Assembly (NCBI GenBank): GCA_964400785.1 | Contig: CAYNWB010000004.1 | Span: 677-64,676, forward strand | Length of the DNA stretch: 64,000 nt | Direction of reading: 5' to 3' | Origin: an uncultured Actinomycetes bacterium | Lineage (GTDB): Bacteria; Actinomycetota; Actinomycetes; Jiangellales; Jiangellaceae | In this document: positions 6,145 through 14,818 of the stretch, piece by piece | Layout: each line of letters begins with the position of its first letter | Numbering within the stretch: the stretch's first letter is position 1 | The notes under the pieces: generated by a model | The model's database searches: none | Seen by the model: the letters and a program-made list of their open reading frames with translations, nothing else | Told to the model about the DNA's origin: nothing | Translations under genes and position numbers: made by a program

Positions 6145-8249
6145 GCGGCCGGCTCCCGGCCCGCTGGCGTGCCGGTTGTGGCGAGGCGCACGTGTCCGTC
6201 CAGGATCGCCCGAGCAGCCAGCGTGCCGGAGCGTGTGGCGGCCTCCACGCAGCCGGCGTCGAGGCCGCAGGCCGTCCAGTCACCGGCGATCGCGAGGTTG
6301 GAGAACCCGGTGCGACCTGGAGCGAGACGGTGGCGACCCGAGCCGGGCAACGACTGCACGTAGCGATCGGACGGGTCGACGTTCGCCCGCACGTACTGGG
6401 AGGCCAGCCGGTCCGGGCCGCAGCGCCCCTGGTCGTCCCACAGCGCCTGCCATCGAAATCCCGCGGGCCCCGCCACTCCGGGCCACAGCGCGCCGACCTC
6501 GTCGTCGAGAAAGCGCACGAGGGTGTCGTGCACCGAGGCCAGGCACAGGTCGGGATCGGGGTGCGGTCCGGGGTCGGGCATGGCTCCGCACAGGTAGGCA
6601 AGGCTGCGCGGGCGGTGCCCGGCCGGCCAGCCTTCGCGAGGCAGCAGGTGCGGCATGGACGCCCACGTGTCGAAGGTGTTGCCGAAGCCGCTGAGTGTGA
6701 CCTCTGCAGGTCCGTCCCAGCCCATCTCGCGCTCCGGCACCTCGAACCAGAGCTGGGCCGCCTGCGTGGGGACGGTGGCCACCTCGTCCACCATGCGGCG
6801 CCAGGCCGGCTCCGCGCTGACCAGCTGGGATGCCACGTGGGGAACCATGCCGAGCGAGACGGCCAGCACCGCGACGTCGAAGTGCTCCCCGGCAACCAGG
6901 CGCACGGCCCGCGAGCTGTCCGCGCCGCTCCCGCTGCCCGCCCACCAGTGCGACTCCAGCTCGGTACCGGGATCGGCCGCGAGCTGCTCGACGAGCGGGT
7001 GGTCGGGCCAGCAGGGCAGACCGTCCACGCGCACCAGCGGCTCGTAGCGCGTGCGCCCGGGTGCGAGGTCGACCTGCCGGGTCAACCGGATCGCACGCAC
7101 GGACCGGTGCTCGTCCACCTCGATGTCGTCGAGGCGGTGGAAGAACCGCACCTGCACGCCGCGTCGCTCCAGCGCCTGGTAGAGCGGGGCGAAGACGACC
7201 TCCCCCATGCCGGCCTGCATGCGCCAGAAGATCGAGCCCTTGAAGTCGAAGAGCATGCGGGCCGCGAGCTGCAGGCCCAGGCCGGCTGCGAAGCGCGGGC
7301 GCGAGCGGTCTCCTCGCTCATAGGCGAACACCAGGTCGTACATGCCGCAGACGATGGGGGAGTCGAGCGTGTCCGGGCCCGCGCCGTGCCGGGCCAGCCA
7401 CTCGCGGTAGTCGAGGTGGTCGATGCCGTCGAACCCGGCCCCGACCAGCAGTCCGTCCACCACCATTCCCCGCAGGTTGGTCACCACCAGGTCGACCAGG
7501 TGCCACGTGCGGCGAGCGGACGGGTCGGCGAGAACCGCAGCGTGGACACCGTCGCGCCACGCGCTCAGCAGCCTGGCGAACGACTCGACGGCGGGAGCGG
7601 TGAGGCTGGCGTCGGCGGCCATCCGGCAGGCCTGCTCCAGCGCCTCGAGCGTGACGGCCAGCGCCGTCAGCCCGCCGCCGCGAACCAGCCCCGCCACGTC
7701 GGCGCGGTCAGGACGGGGTGTCGGCGACCCGCTCAGGTACACCCGGCCCGGGGCTGCGGACGATCCCAGGGAGCGGTGGAAGTCCGCGAGCAGCCGCAGA
7801 GAGCTCGTGGCGATGTGCGCAGGCGTGAGAGGTCGGTGCTCGGCGCCGGGTTCGCCGGGCAGCGAGTCGGTGGTCGAGAAGCGGGTGACGAAGTGCTGCC
7901 ACGTGGCGCCGTCACGGTCGGCGAGCCCGACGTCGCCCCCAGGCGCGACCGCGTCCTGCCATGTCTGTATCGGACAGGACGGGTCGGTGCTCGGCCGGTC
8001 GAGCTCGGCGTACACCTCGCGCAGCACACGGAACGTCGCGTCGTAGTAGCCGAGCAGGACGTGCAACCCGTGCTCCTCGATGCGGTCGAAGGCACCTCGG
8101 CTGCTCGCTCCCTTGCCCCCGAGCCGCCAGCCGCGCTGGTAGACGGTGATGGAGTCCAGGCGTGACCGCCAGTCCCCGGCGCTCAGATCCCAGGCGGTGA
8201 CGAGCCCGGCCATGCCGCCTCCGAGGATGACGACGCGAGGACCACTCAC
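6141..8249 (-). CDS. FAD/NAD(P)-binding oxidoreductase of the phytoene-desaturase/amine-oxidase superfamily (702 aa)
   Basis: GTG at 8249, one nt after the upstream stop. N-terminus VVILGGGMAGLVTAWDL (GxGxxG), then YQRGWRLGGK and EHGLHVLLGYY. C-terminal FAD motif NLAIAGDWTACGLDAGCVEAATRSGTLAA. The track ORF start at 8822 lies inside the upstream gene and was rejected. Confidence 0.8.
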   Translation of the reverse strand: MSGPRVVILGGGMAGLVTAWDLSAGDWRSRLDSITVYQRGWRLGGKGASSRGAFDRIEEHGLHVLLGYYDATFRVLREVYAELDRPSTDPSCPIQTWQDAVAPGGDVGLADRDGATWQHFVTRFSTTDSLPGEPGAEHRPLTPAHIATSSLRLLADFHRSLGSSAAPGRVYLSGSPTPRPDRADVAGLVRGGGLTALAVTLEALEQACRMAADASLTAPAVESFARLLSAWRDGVHAAVLADPSARRTWHLVDLVVTNLRGMVVDGLLVGAGFDGIDHLDYREWLARHGAGPDTLDSPIVCGMYDLVFAYERGDRSRPRFAAGLGLQLAARMLFDFKGSIFWRMQAGMGEVVFAPLYQALERRGVQVRFFHRLDDIEVDEHRSVRAIRLTRQVDLAPGRTRYEPLVRVDGLPCWPDHPLVEQLAADPGTELESHWWAGSGSGADSSRAVRLVAGEHFDVAVLAVSLGMVPHVASQLVSAEPAWRRMVDEVATVPTQAAQLWFEVPEREMGWDGPAEVTLSGFGNTFDTWASMPHLLPREGWPAGHRPRSLAYLCGAMPDPGPHPDPDLCLASVHDTLVRFLDDEVGALWPGVAGPAGFRWQALWDDQGRCGPDRLASQYVRANVDPSDRYVQSLPGSGRHRLAPGRTGFSNLAIAGDWTACGLDAGCVEAATRSGTLAARAILDGHVRLATTGTPAGREPAA

Positions 8250-8250
8250 G

Positions 8251-11200
8251 TCAGAGCAGCTCGTCGGCGTCGGTCGCCTCAGGAAGGGAGTCTGCCTCGG
8301 CGAGGTCGTCACGGGCGGCTGACAGCACAGCGCGCCAGTCGGAGGGGCGGTGCGGCTCCGGAACCCTGGCCAGCGCGAGCGCGGCCCGCAGCCGTGCCAC
8401 CCGGGCCCCTTGCTCGGTGGCGATCCGGATCGACTCGGTGAGGTCGCCCACGGCCTGAGCAGAGTCGCCCCAACGCTCGAGGGCGAGGGTCGCCCGTAGC
8501 TGCAGCAGCACCGGCAGGTGCACGTACTCGCCGGACTTGTGCACCATCTCGATGGCCTCGTCCACCCGCTCGGCGGCTCTGTCGACCTGCCCCGCCGCGC
8601 GGTACAGCTCCGCGAGGTAGGCGAGGTTGGCGGGAGCGAAGGCCTGCTGGCCGAGCGCGTGCAGGGTGGCCACGTTGGTCTCGAGGAACTCCCGGTCCGG
8701 CTCGTCGTCGGGGGTGGCCGCGGCGTAGTAGGACGACCCCAGGAGCATCCAGTAGGCGTACCCGTGCTCCTGGCCGATGCCGACGACGCGAGCGCCCAGT
8801 GCGCGGGCGCCGGCGTGGTCACCGAGAAACCGACGGATCCAGGCCGCGTACGTCAGGACGAACGCCTCGCTCCACGGACCGCGGGGAAAGCCGATCTGCT
8901 CCGTGCGCGCCACGGCCTGCTGCTCCCAGGCCGTAGCGTGCGTGCGCTCGCCGCGGAGGGTGCTGACGCACGCGAGCGCGATCGCCGAGACTGCGATCGG
9001 GTCGTTCGGCAGGGGCCAGAACGGCGACACCGACTGCTCGGAGGGTCGGGCCGCGAAGCCCTGCATCGCGAGCTCGAGGTAGTGCTGCGAGTCGGTGAGC
9101 CTGCCCTCGTAGAACGACTGCCACCCCGCGCACGACTGCACCTCGGGCTCGAACCAGGCGAACTCGGCCTGGCGCACCATCGCGGTGAGGCGTTCGATCA
9201 GGCCACGCGCGGTCGGCAGCTCGCCGCTGGTGAGCCAGTAGGCCCAGATCGCGATCAGAGACGGCAGCACCTCGGGACGGCTGCCGAGCCGGGTGGCAAG
9301 GGCCTCGGCACGTCGGTGGTCGAGCTGGACGTCGGGCGCGGCGTAGCCCTGCACCGAGCTCACGCTCAGTGCCCGCAGCATGCGGCTGGTCAGCTCGGCG
9401 AGGTCGCGGTCCTGCGACTCGGGGAGGGTCTCCAGCAGCTCGAGCGCGCGAGTGAGCAGCTTCGTCGCCTCGGTGTGTGCGCCTCGGGTCTGCTGTGCCG
9501 TAGCGGCCACCAAGTAGAGCCGGCTCGCCGCCGGCGCGTCACCGGCGAGGTCGAGGTGCTCGGCCACGAGGGCCGGCTCGGCGCCGCGCTCGGAGATGAC
9601 CTCCGCGATCTGGGCGTGTGTCCGGCTGCGCACATCGAGCACCTGGGTCTCGTACGCCGCGTCGCGCATGAGTGCGTGCCGAAACCGGTAGGTGGAGCCG
9701 CCGGGGTCGGCCCGCTCGATGATGCCCGCGTCGGCGAGCACGAGCATCTGGTCGGCGACGGCCGGGTCGTCACCGACGACGGCGGCCAGGGTGGCCGGGT
9801 CGAACGCCGGTCCGAGGGTGGCGGCCACCTGTGCGATCCGCAGGTCGACACCGGGGGACTTCAGCCGCCAGGTGAACAGCTCCTGCAGGCGTACCGGCAT
9901 CGGCTCGGTGCGAGCCTCGTCGAGGTGGGAATGGGTCAGCTCCTCGATGAAGAGCGGGACGCCCTCCGCGCGGTCGATGATGGTGGCCAGAACATCATCG
10001 GACAGGTGCCGGCCGACTGCGAGGTTCTGCAGCAGGTGAAGGGCCGAGGCGTTGTCGAGACGGCGAAGGTGAAGCCCGGTTGCCGCCTCACGCCATGAGA
10101 TCGACGAGTCGTCGCGCGTGGTGGCAACGGTGAGCACGCCGGCCGGTCGGCGCTCGGTCAGACGCCCGAGCAGCCCCACGGTGGACGGGTCGGCCCAGTG
10201 CAGGTCCTCCACGATCAGCAGGTACGGGCTGGTCTCGGCCATGGCCGCCACCCACGCCACCAGCTGGTTGAGCGTCTCGTCCAGAAAGGCGGTCGGGTCG
10301 AGCTCCGGGGCGGGGTGGTCCGCAGTGGCGTCGACGCCGATGAGGGGGGCCAGGAAGGGAACCGACGACGCAGGGTCGAGGCCGAGCGACTCCAGGTTCT
10401 CGACCAGTCGGGCGAGCCTGTCGGTGCCCTCGTCGACGACGTCGAGGGCCCGCTCGATGGTGCGGGCCACGGGCCACAACGAGACGTTGGAGTAGTAGGG
10501 CAGGCATCCCGCGCTGAGAACCCTGCCTCCGCTGCTCTCGACGTGGTCGAGGATCTCGGCCACCAGCCGGGTCTTGCCGATCCCGGCCTCGCCGACGACC
10601 AGGAAGGAGCTGCTCGCGTCGGCCTCGGCGCCGTCACGCACGCGCTGCCAGGCAGCGAACAGGCTGTCACGAGGCTCGTCCCGACCGACCAGGCCGGCCT
10701 GCCGGTAGCGCTCGGCGTCGAACCGCGCCCCGGCATGGCGGGGTCGGTCGACGGCGAACACCTCCACCGGACGGCTGATGCCCTTGAAGTCACGCTCCCC
10801 GAGGGAGTGCAGGTAGAAGTCGGTGTCGACGAGGTTCTGGGTCACGTCGCTGATGACGACCGTGTTCGGCTCGGCAGCCTGCTGGATGCGGGCAGCCAGG
10901 TTGGGCGCCACGCCGACGATCGAGTCGCGCTCGTCGCTGGACCGCTCGTCGCTGAGGTCGGCGACCACGACACGTCCGGTGTGGATGCCGATGCGTACCT
11001 CCGGCGCCACGCCGATGCGGCGCTGCAGGTCAGGACGCGCCGCCTGCATGGCAGCCACCAGGTCGAGCCCGGCCAGCACGGCGCGACGACCGTCGTCCTC
11101 GTGCGGGTCGGGGAAGCCGAACCCGGCCAGGATGCCGTCACCCATGTACTTCATGACGTACCCGCCGTAGCGCTCGACCGCCTCACGCGCCGTGGCCCGG

Positions 11201-11502
11201 TAGAACGAGAAGACGTCGCGCAGCTGCTCGGGCTCGACCTGCTCGGACAGCATCGTCGAGCCGACGATGTCGGAGAACAGCAGCGACATCAGTGCGCGCT
11301 CGCCGCTCGCGCTCTGCTGACGTGCGGCGACGGCGCGCAGCACCTGCTCGGCGCGCACGTTGTCCGAGTCGACCGCACGCACCTCCTCGGCCGTGGCACG
11401 TGCCGTCTCCAGGTCGCCGGCAGCGAGCGAGGCCTCCGCCGCGGTGAGCAGACGGTCGAGCAGCCGGGTGAGCCGCGACTCCGCCGAGGTGCTGCTGGTC
11501 AT
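8251..11502 (-). CDS. Class III adenylate/guanylate cyclase domain fused to a STAND/AAA ATPase and a TPR-like helical region (1083 aa)
   Basis: ATG 11502 overlaps the upstream stop (ATGA). Cyclase core: LFSDIVGSTMLSE, KYMGDGILAGFG, IGIHTGRVVV, GVAPNLAARIQ. Walker A VVGEAGIGKTRLV and Walker B-like LLIVEDLHWAD, then a long helical repeat region. No C-terminal HTH seen. Confidence 0.85.
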   Translation of the reverse strand: MTSSTSAESRLTRLLDRLLTAAEASLAAGDLETARATAEEVRAVDSDNVRAEQVLRAVAARQQSASGERALMSLLFSDIVGSTMLSEQVEPEQLRDVFSFYRATAREAVERYGGYVMKYMGDGILAGFGFPDPHEDDGRRAVLAGLDLVAAMQAARPDLQRRIGVAPEVRIGIHTGRVVVADLSDERSSDERDSIVGVAPNLAARIQQAAEPNTVVISDVTQNLVDTDFYLHSLGERDFKGISRPVEVFAVDRPRHAGARFDAERYRQAGLVGRDEPRDSLFAAWQRVRDGAEADASSSFLVVGEAGIGKTRLVAEILDHVESSGGRVLSAGCLPYYSNVSLWPVARTIERALDVVDEGTDRLARLVENLESLGLDPASSVPFLAPLIGVDATADHPAPELDPTAFLDETLNQLVAWVAAMAETSPYLLIVEDLHWADPSTVGLLGRLTERRPAGVLTVATTRDDSSISWREAATGLHLRRLDNASALHLLQNLAVGRHLSDDVLATIIDRAEGVPLFIEELTHSHLDEARTEPMPVRLQELFTWRLKSPGVDLRIAQVAATLGPAFDPATLAAVVGDDPAVADQMLVLADAGIIERADPGGSTYRFRHALMRDAAYETQVLDVRSRTHAQIAEVISERGAEPALVAEHLDLAGDAPAASRLYLVAATAQQTRGAHTEATKLLTRALELLETLPESQDRDLAELTSRMLRALSVSSVQGYAAPDVQLDHRRAEALATRLGSRPEVLPSLIAIWAYWLTSGELPTARGLIERLTAMVRQAEFAWFEPEVQSCAGWQSFYEGRLTDSQHYLELAMQGFAARPSEQSVSPFWPLPNDPIAVSAIALACVSTLRGERTHATAWEQQAVARTEQIGFPRGPWSEAFVLTYAAWIRRFLGDHAGARALGARVVGIGQEHGYAYWMLLGSSYYAAATPDDEPDREFLETNVATLHALGQQAFAPANLAYLAELYRAAGQVDRAAERVDEAIEMVHKSGEYVHLPVLLQLRATLALERWGDSAQAVGDLTESIRIATEQGARVARLRAALALARVPEPHRPSDWRAVLSAARDDLAEADSLPEATDADELL

Positions 11503-13106
11503 GGTCTCCCGGCCTCGGTGGCGCGGGCGACGTAGAGCTGCACCGGCGTCGGCGACGACCCCTGCGTGGCCTTGAAGTGGCCGACGTAGAGGCCGGGCGC
11601 GACGCTGGTGTCGGTGCACTCCAGCCGCACTCCGTAGGTCTGCTCGTCCACCTGCTGGACGCTGACGATGAGGTCGGACGCCGGGATCGTGGCCCCACCG
11701 GCCTCGATGGACACCAAGGGGCTGACGACCGGCTGGTCGTCGGGAGCAAGCCCGACGACGGGAATCGTCGTCACCTCGGCGGCACCGGCGGTGGCCGCTA
11801 CGTCGCCGGCGCGAGCCTGCCCGGAGGCAGCGCCGGTCATCGCTGTCGCAACGCCCCGCATCGCGCTTCTCGGGCTGCCGGGTGGGGCGAAGCCGGCGTC
11901 GAGGCCGTCCCGCGCGATGTCATCGAGCATCTCCAAGCCGTACGTCCACGCCTTGGCCCAGTCCTTGGCCAGGGCAGACCAGTAGCGGGTGCCGTCGGCC
12001 AGCCAGTCCGAGGTGGAGTACCCGCCGGACGTGGCACGGGAGCTCATGTCGGCCATGAGGTCGAGGTACGTCCGCGCGGAGTCGCCGAAGAAGTCGAACC
12101 ATGCCTGCATGCCCTCGGAGAGCACATCGGTCGTTGAAGGCTGTGCGCCTCCCGGCTGGTGGCTCGGCCCATGGGGCGTGCTCGACGAACCACCCTCGAC
12201 CGCGCCGCGCACCCAGTCGGTCCAGAACGGGCAGACCATGCGGGCCACGTCGTCCCAGACGTCTTCTGTGAAGCCGACGATCTTCAGTGCCTTGACCCGG
12301 CGCACGGAGCCCAGATCGTTGACCGACAGAAAACCTCGGTCGACGTCGAGCTCACCGTCCAGGCTCAGGGCGAGGTCGTAGGTCATGCCGGCGGCGCTGT
12401 CGCCGTCGCGCCAGTAGTCGCAGTGCAGCAGCGTGTTGAGCTCTCTGACCAGCTGAACCTTCTCGTGGAACACGCCGTGCCAGTGCTCGTCGCCCAGCCC
12501 GGAGATGTCGACGGGTTCGTCGGCGCCGACGAGGCTCATGCCCTTGAACAGCATCGGCCCGCGCGCCGGCCAGCTGCGTGGGTCGATCCAGCCCACGACC
12601 TGCTCGAAGGGCGCGTCGGTCTCGAACTCCGAGAAGACCCACGCCGCAGTGAGCTCACCCACCTGCACCGTGCGTGTCTCGCACAGGTCGTGGCCGACGA
12701 ACGCGACATCCCGGTGCGGCAGTGCCTGCCCTGTCGTGGTCGTCTCGAACGGTACGCCCTCGGAGGCCGACCGCTTGAGGTCGGAGAGCAGTTCGTCCGG
12801 GTCGACCTCGCGGGCCCGCGCCACGGACTCGGCGAGCAGGTGGTACTCACCCTTCGTCGAGTCGTAGTGCGGGAAGTCGGCGCGGGCGAGGGCGTGCAGT
12901 ACCCCGATCCGTGCCGAGACCGGGATCTCGCTCTCCGGGGCCTCGGCGACGGCCCGCAGGTCGGCGCCGGGGGAGCTCGGGCGGAAGCCGGGAACGTCCC
13001 CAGGCTCGACGCCTCCGAGGGAGTCCGACAGGGCGTGCAGGCCGACGAGCGCTCGGTGCGGGGCGTCGCTCTCCGGTCCGCGGTACGACGGCGGCGTGTC
13101 GGTCAT
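11499..13106 (-). CDS. Hypothetical protein (535 aa), first gene of the cyclase operon
   Basis: ATG 13106 is preceded by AAGGGG with 6-nt spacing (the track start 13157 has no SD). Long open frame with coding codon bias. The stop overlaps the cyclase start. No family recognised by eye. Confidence 0.65.
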   Translation of the reverse strand: MTDTPPSYRGPESDAPHRALVGLHALSDSLGGVEPGDVPGFRPSSPGADLRAVAEAPESEIPVSARIGVLHALARADFPHYDSTKGEYHLLAESVARAREVDPDELLSDLKRSASEGVPFETTTTGQALPHRDVAFVGHDLCETRTVQVGELTAAWVFSEFETDAPFEQVVGWIDPRSWPARGPMLFKGMSLVGADEPVDISGLGDEHWHGVFHEKVQLVRELNTLLHCDYWRDGDSAAGMTYDLALSLDGELDVDRGFLSVNDLGSVRRVKALKIVGFTEDVWDDVARMVCPFWTDWVRGAVEGGSSSTPHGPSHQPGGAQPSTTDVLSEGMQAWFDFFGDSARTYLDLMADMSSRATSGGYSTSDWLADGTRYWSALAKDWAKAWTYGLEMLDDIARDGLDAGFAPPGSPRSAMRGVATAMTGAASGQARAGDVAATAGAAEVTTIPVVGLAPDDQPVVSPLVSIEAGGATIPASDLIVSVQQVDEQTYGVRLECTDTSVAPGLYVGHFKATQGSSPTPVQLYVARATEAGRP

Positions 13107-13235
13107 GCGGTGCCCCTTGTCTGCGCAGGGTGTGCTGCTGCCCTCGTGGCAGTGCATGAACGCCCTTCGTGGCTGGAGTCTAGGTAGCCGATCGACCCGA
13201 TGTCTGCACTCGGCGCGGGTCGCTGTACCGGGGCG

Positions 13236-14732
13236 TCAGGTGCGGCCGTACCGCTCGGCCAACGCCCGCAGTGCCGCCGCGAGGTCGTCGGACAGCCCGT
13301 CGGGGGGTGCCCGCCACGACCAGTTGCCCACGAAGACCGACGGATCGTTCATGCGGGCTCGGTCGTCGAGCACAAGCAGGTCCTGCAACGGCACCACGGC
13401 CACCTGGGCCCGCGAACCGATGGCTGCCTCGATGAGCGACCACACCACGCGGCCGACGTCCGCACGTGGGTCGACCTGGTAGTAGCGGGCGACCTCGGCG
13501 CGGTGCTGCTCGTCGAGCGAGAGCCACCACCCGGCGAGCGGCTGGTTGTCGTGGGTGCCCGTGTAGGCCAGGCACCGCTGCGGGAAGCGGTGCGGCTGGT
13601 GCGGGTTGTCGGGCGTGCCGTCGAAACCGAACTGCAGGATGCGCATGCCGGGCAGCGCGTTGTCGTCGCGCAGACGCAGCACCTCGTCGTCGAGCGTGCC
13701 CAGGTCCTCGGCGACGAACGGCATCGTCGGGAAGTGCTCCCGCAGGGTGTCGACGAACCTCTGGCCCGGTCCGGGCACCCAGCGGCCACCACGGGCGTCC
13801 GTCGCGTCCCCGGGCACCTGCCAGTACGCCGACAGCGCCCTGAAGTGGTCGATGCGCACGACGTCGGTCAGCTCCAGGCACCTCCGCAGGCGCGCCACCC
13901 ACCACGAGTAGCCGTCGGCGGCCATCACGTCCCACCGGTACAGGGGGTTGCCCCACAGCTGCCCGGACTCGCTGAAGTAGTCCGGCGGCACCCCCGACTG
14001 GACGACGAGGCCGCCGGCCTCGTCCAGGTCGAACTGGTGCTGGTGCATCCACACGTCGGCGGAGTCGTGGCTGACGTAGATGGGTAGGTCACCGAGAACC
14101 GTCAACCCGCGGTCGTGGGCGTAGTCGCGCAGGGCCGTCCACTGGAGGTCGACGAAGAAGAAGATTGCCTCCCACTCCTCGATGCGGTCGGCCAGCTCGG
14201 CGCGCGACGACTGCAGCGCTGCAGCCTCACGCCTGCGCAGCGGCGCGGGCCAGGCGAACCAGGCCTCGTCGTCGCGCGACTCCTTCAACGCGAAGAAGTG
14301 CGCGGTGTCGGCCAGCCACGCCTGCTCGGCGCGGAACCGCTCGAACCGAGCAGTCCACGGATGGTCGCGGTCGAGCAGGGCACGGGCCGCCGCTCGTAGC
14401 GTCGGCAGCTTGCGCTGGCGCAGCGTGCCGAACGGCACGGCGGCATCGGACGCGTCGTCGAGCGAGGGTGGCTCGTCGAGCAGCCCGGCCTCGTGCAGAG
14501 CGCGAAGGTCGACCAACCAGGGGTTGCCGGCGAACGTGGAGTAGCTGAAGTAGGGCGAGTCGTACTGCCCGTTCATGGTCAGGGGAAGGATCTGCCAGAC
14601 CCCGGCCCCGGCGCGGGTCAGCCAGTCGACGAAGGCGTATGCCTGCTCGCCGAGCGTGCCCACCGGCTCGGGCCCGAACAGTGACGACGGGTGCAGCAGC
14701 ACCCCCAGCCGGCGCTGGTCGAACAACTCCAT
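13236..14732 (-). CDS. malQ: 4-alpha-glucanotransferase (amylomaltase)
   Basis: N-terminus RRLGVLLHPSSLFG..GTLGEQAYAFVDWLTRAGAGVWQILPL, plus SPYFSYSTFAGNPWLVDL, DHFRAL and EDLG motifs of GH77. Confidence 0.92.
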   Translation of the reverse strand: MELFDQRRLGVLLHPSSLFGPEPVGTLGEQAYAFVDWLTRAGAGVWQILPLTMNGQYDSPYFSYSTFAGNPWLVDLRALHEAGLLDEPPSLDDASDAAVPFGTLRQRKLPTLRAAARALLDRDHPWTARFERFRAEQAWLADTAHFFALKESRDDEAWFAWPAPLRRREAAALQSSRAELADRIEEWEAIFFFVDLQWTALRDYAHDRGLTVLGDLPIYVSHDSADVWMHQHQFDLDEAGGLVVQSGVPPDYFSESGQLWGNPLYRWDVMAADGYSWWVARLRRCLELTDVVRIDHFRALSAYWQVPGDATDARGGRWVPGPGQRFVDTLREHFPTMPFVAEDLGTLDDEVLRLRDDNALPGMRILQFGFDGTPDNPHQPHRFPQRCLAYTGTHDNQPLAGWWLSLDEQHRAEVARYYQVDPRADVGRVVWSLIEAAIGSRAQVAVVPLQDLLVLDDRARMNDPSVFVGNWSWRAPPDGLSDDLAAALRALAERYGRT

Positions 14733-14818
14733 GTAGTAGCCACCTCCGGCGACGCGGGCCCCTCCGCCACGCTAGACCGGCCGTGGCTCCCACGTCCGGT
14801 TCTCGACGCATCGACGTC

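Noticed and set aside
8250-8822. N-terminal extension of the flavoprotein ORF (track start 8822) and of the cyclase ORF (track start 11619)
   Set aside because: The extensions run through the 3' ends of the upstream genes in another frame and lack SD sequences. Internal starts (GTG 8249, ATG 11502) sit exactly at the upstream stop codons and precede the first conserved motifs.
13107-13235. Promoter (TAGACT as the -10 box) and a small hairpin in the malQ / P535 intergenic region
   Set aside because: The TAGACT hexamer has no convincing -35 partner at 16-19 nt, and the hairpins have stems of only 5-7 bp. The region very likely holds the operon promoter, but I cannot position it.
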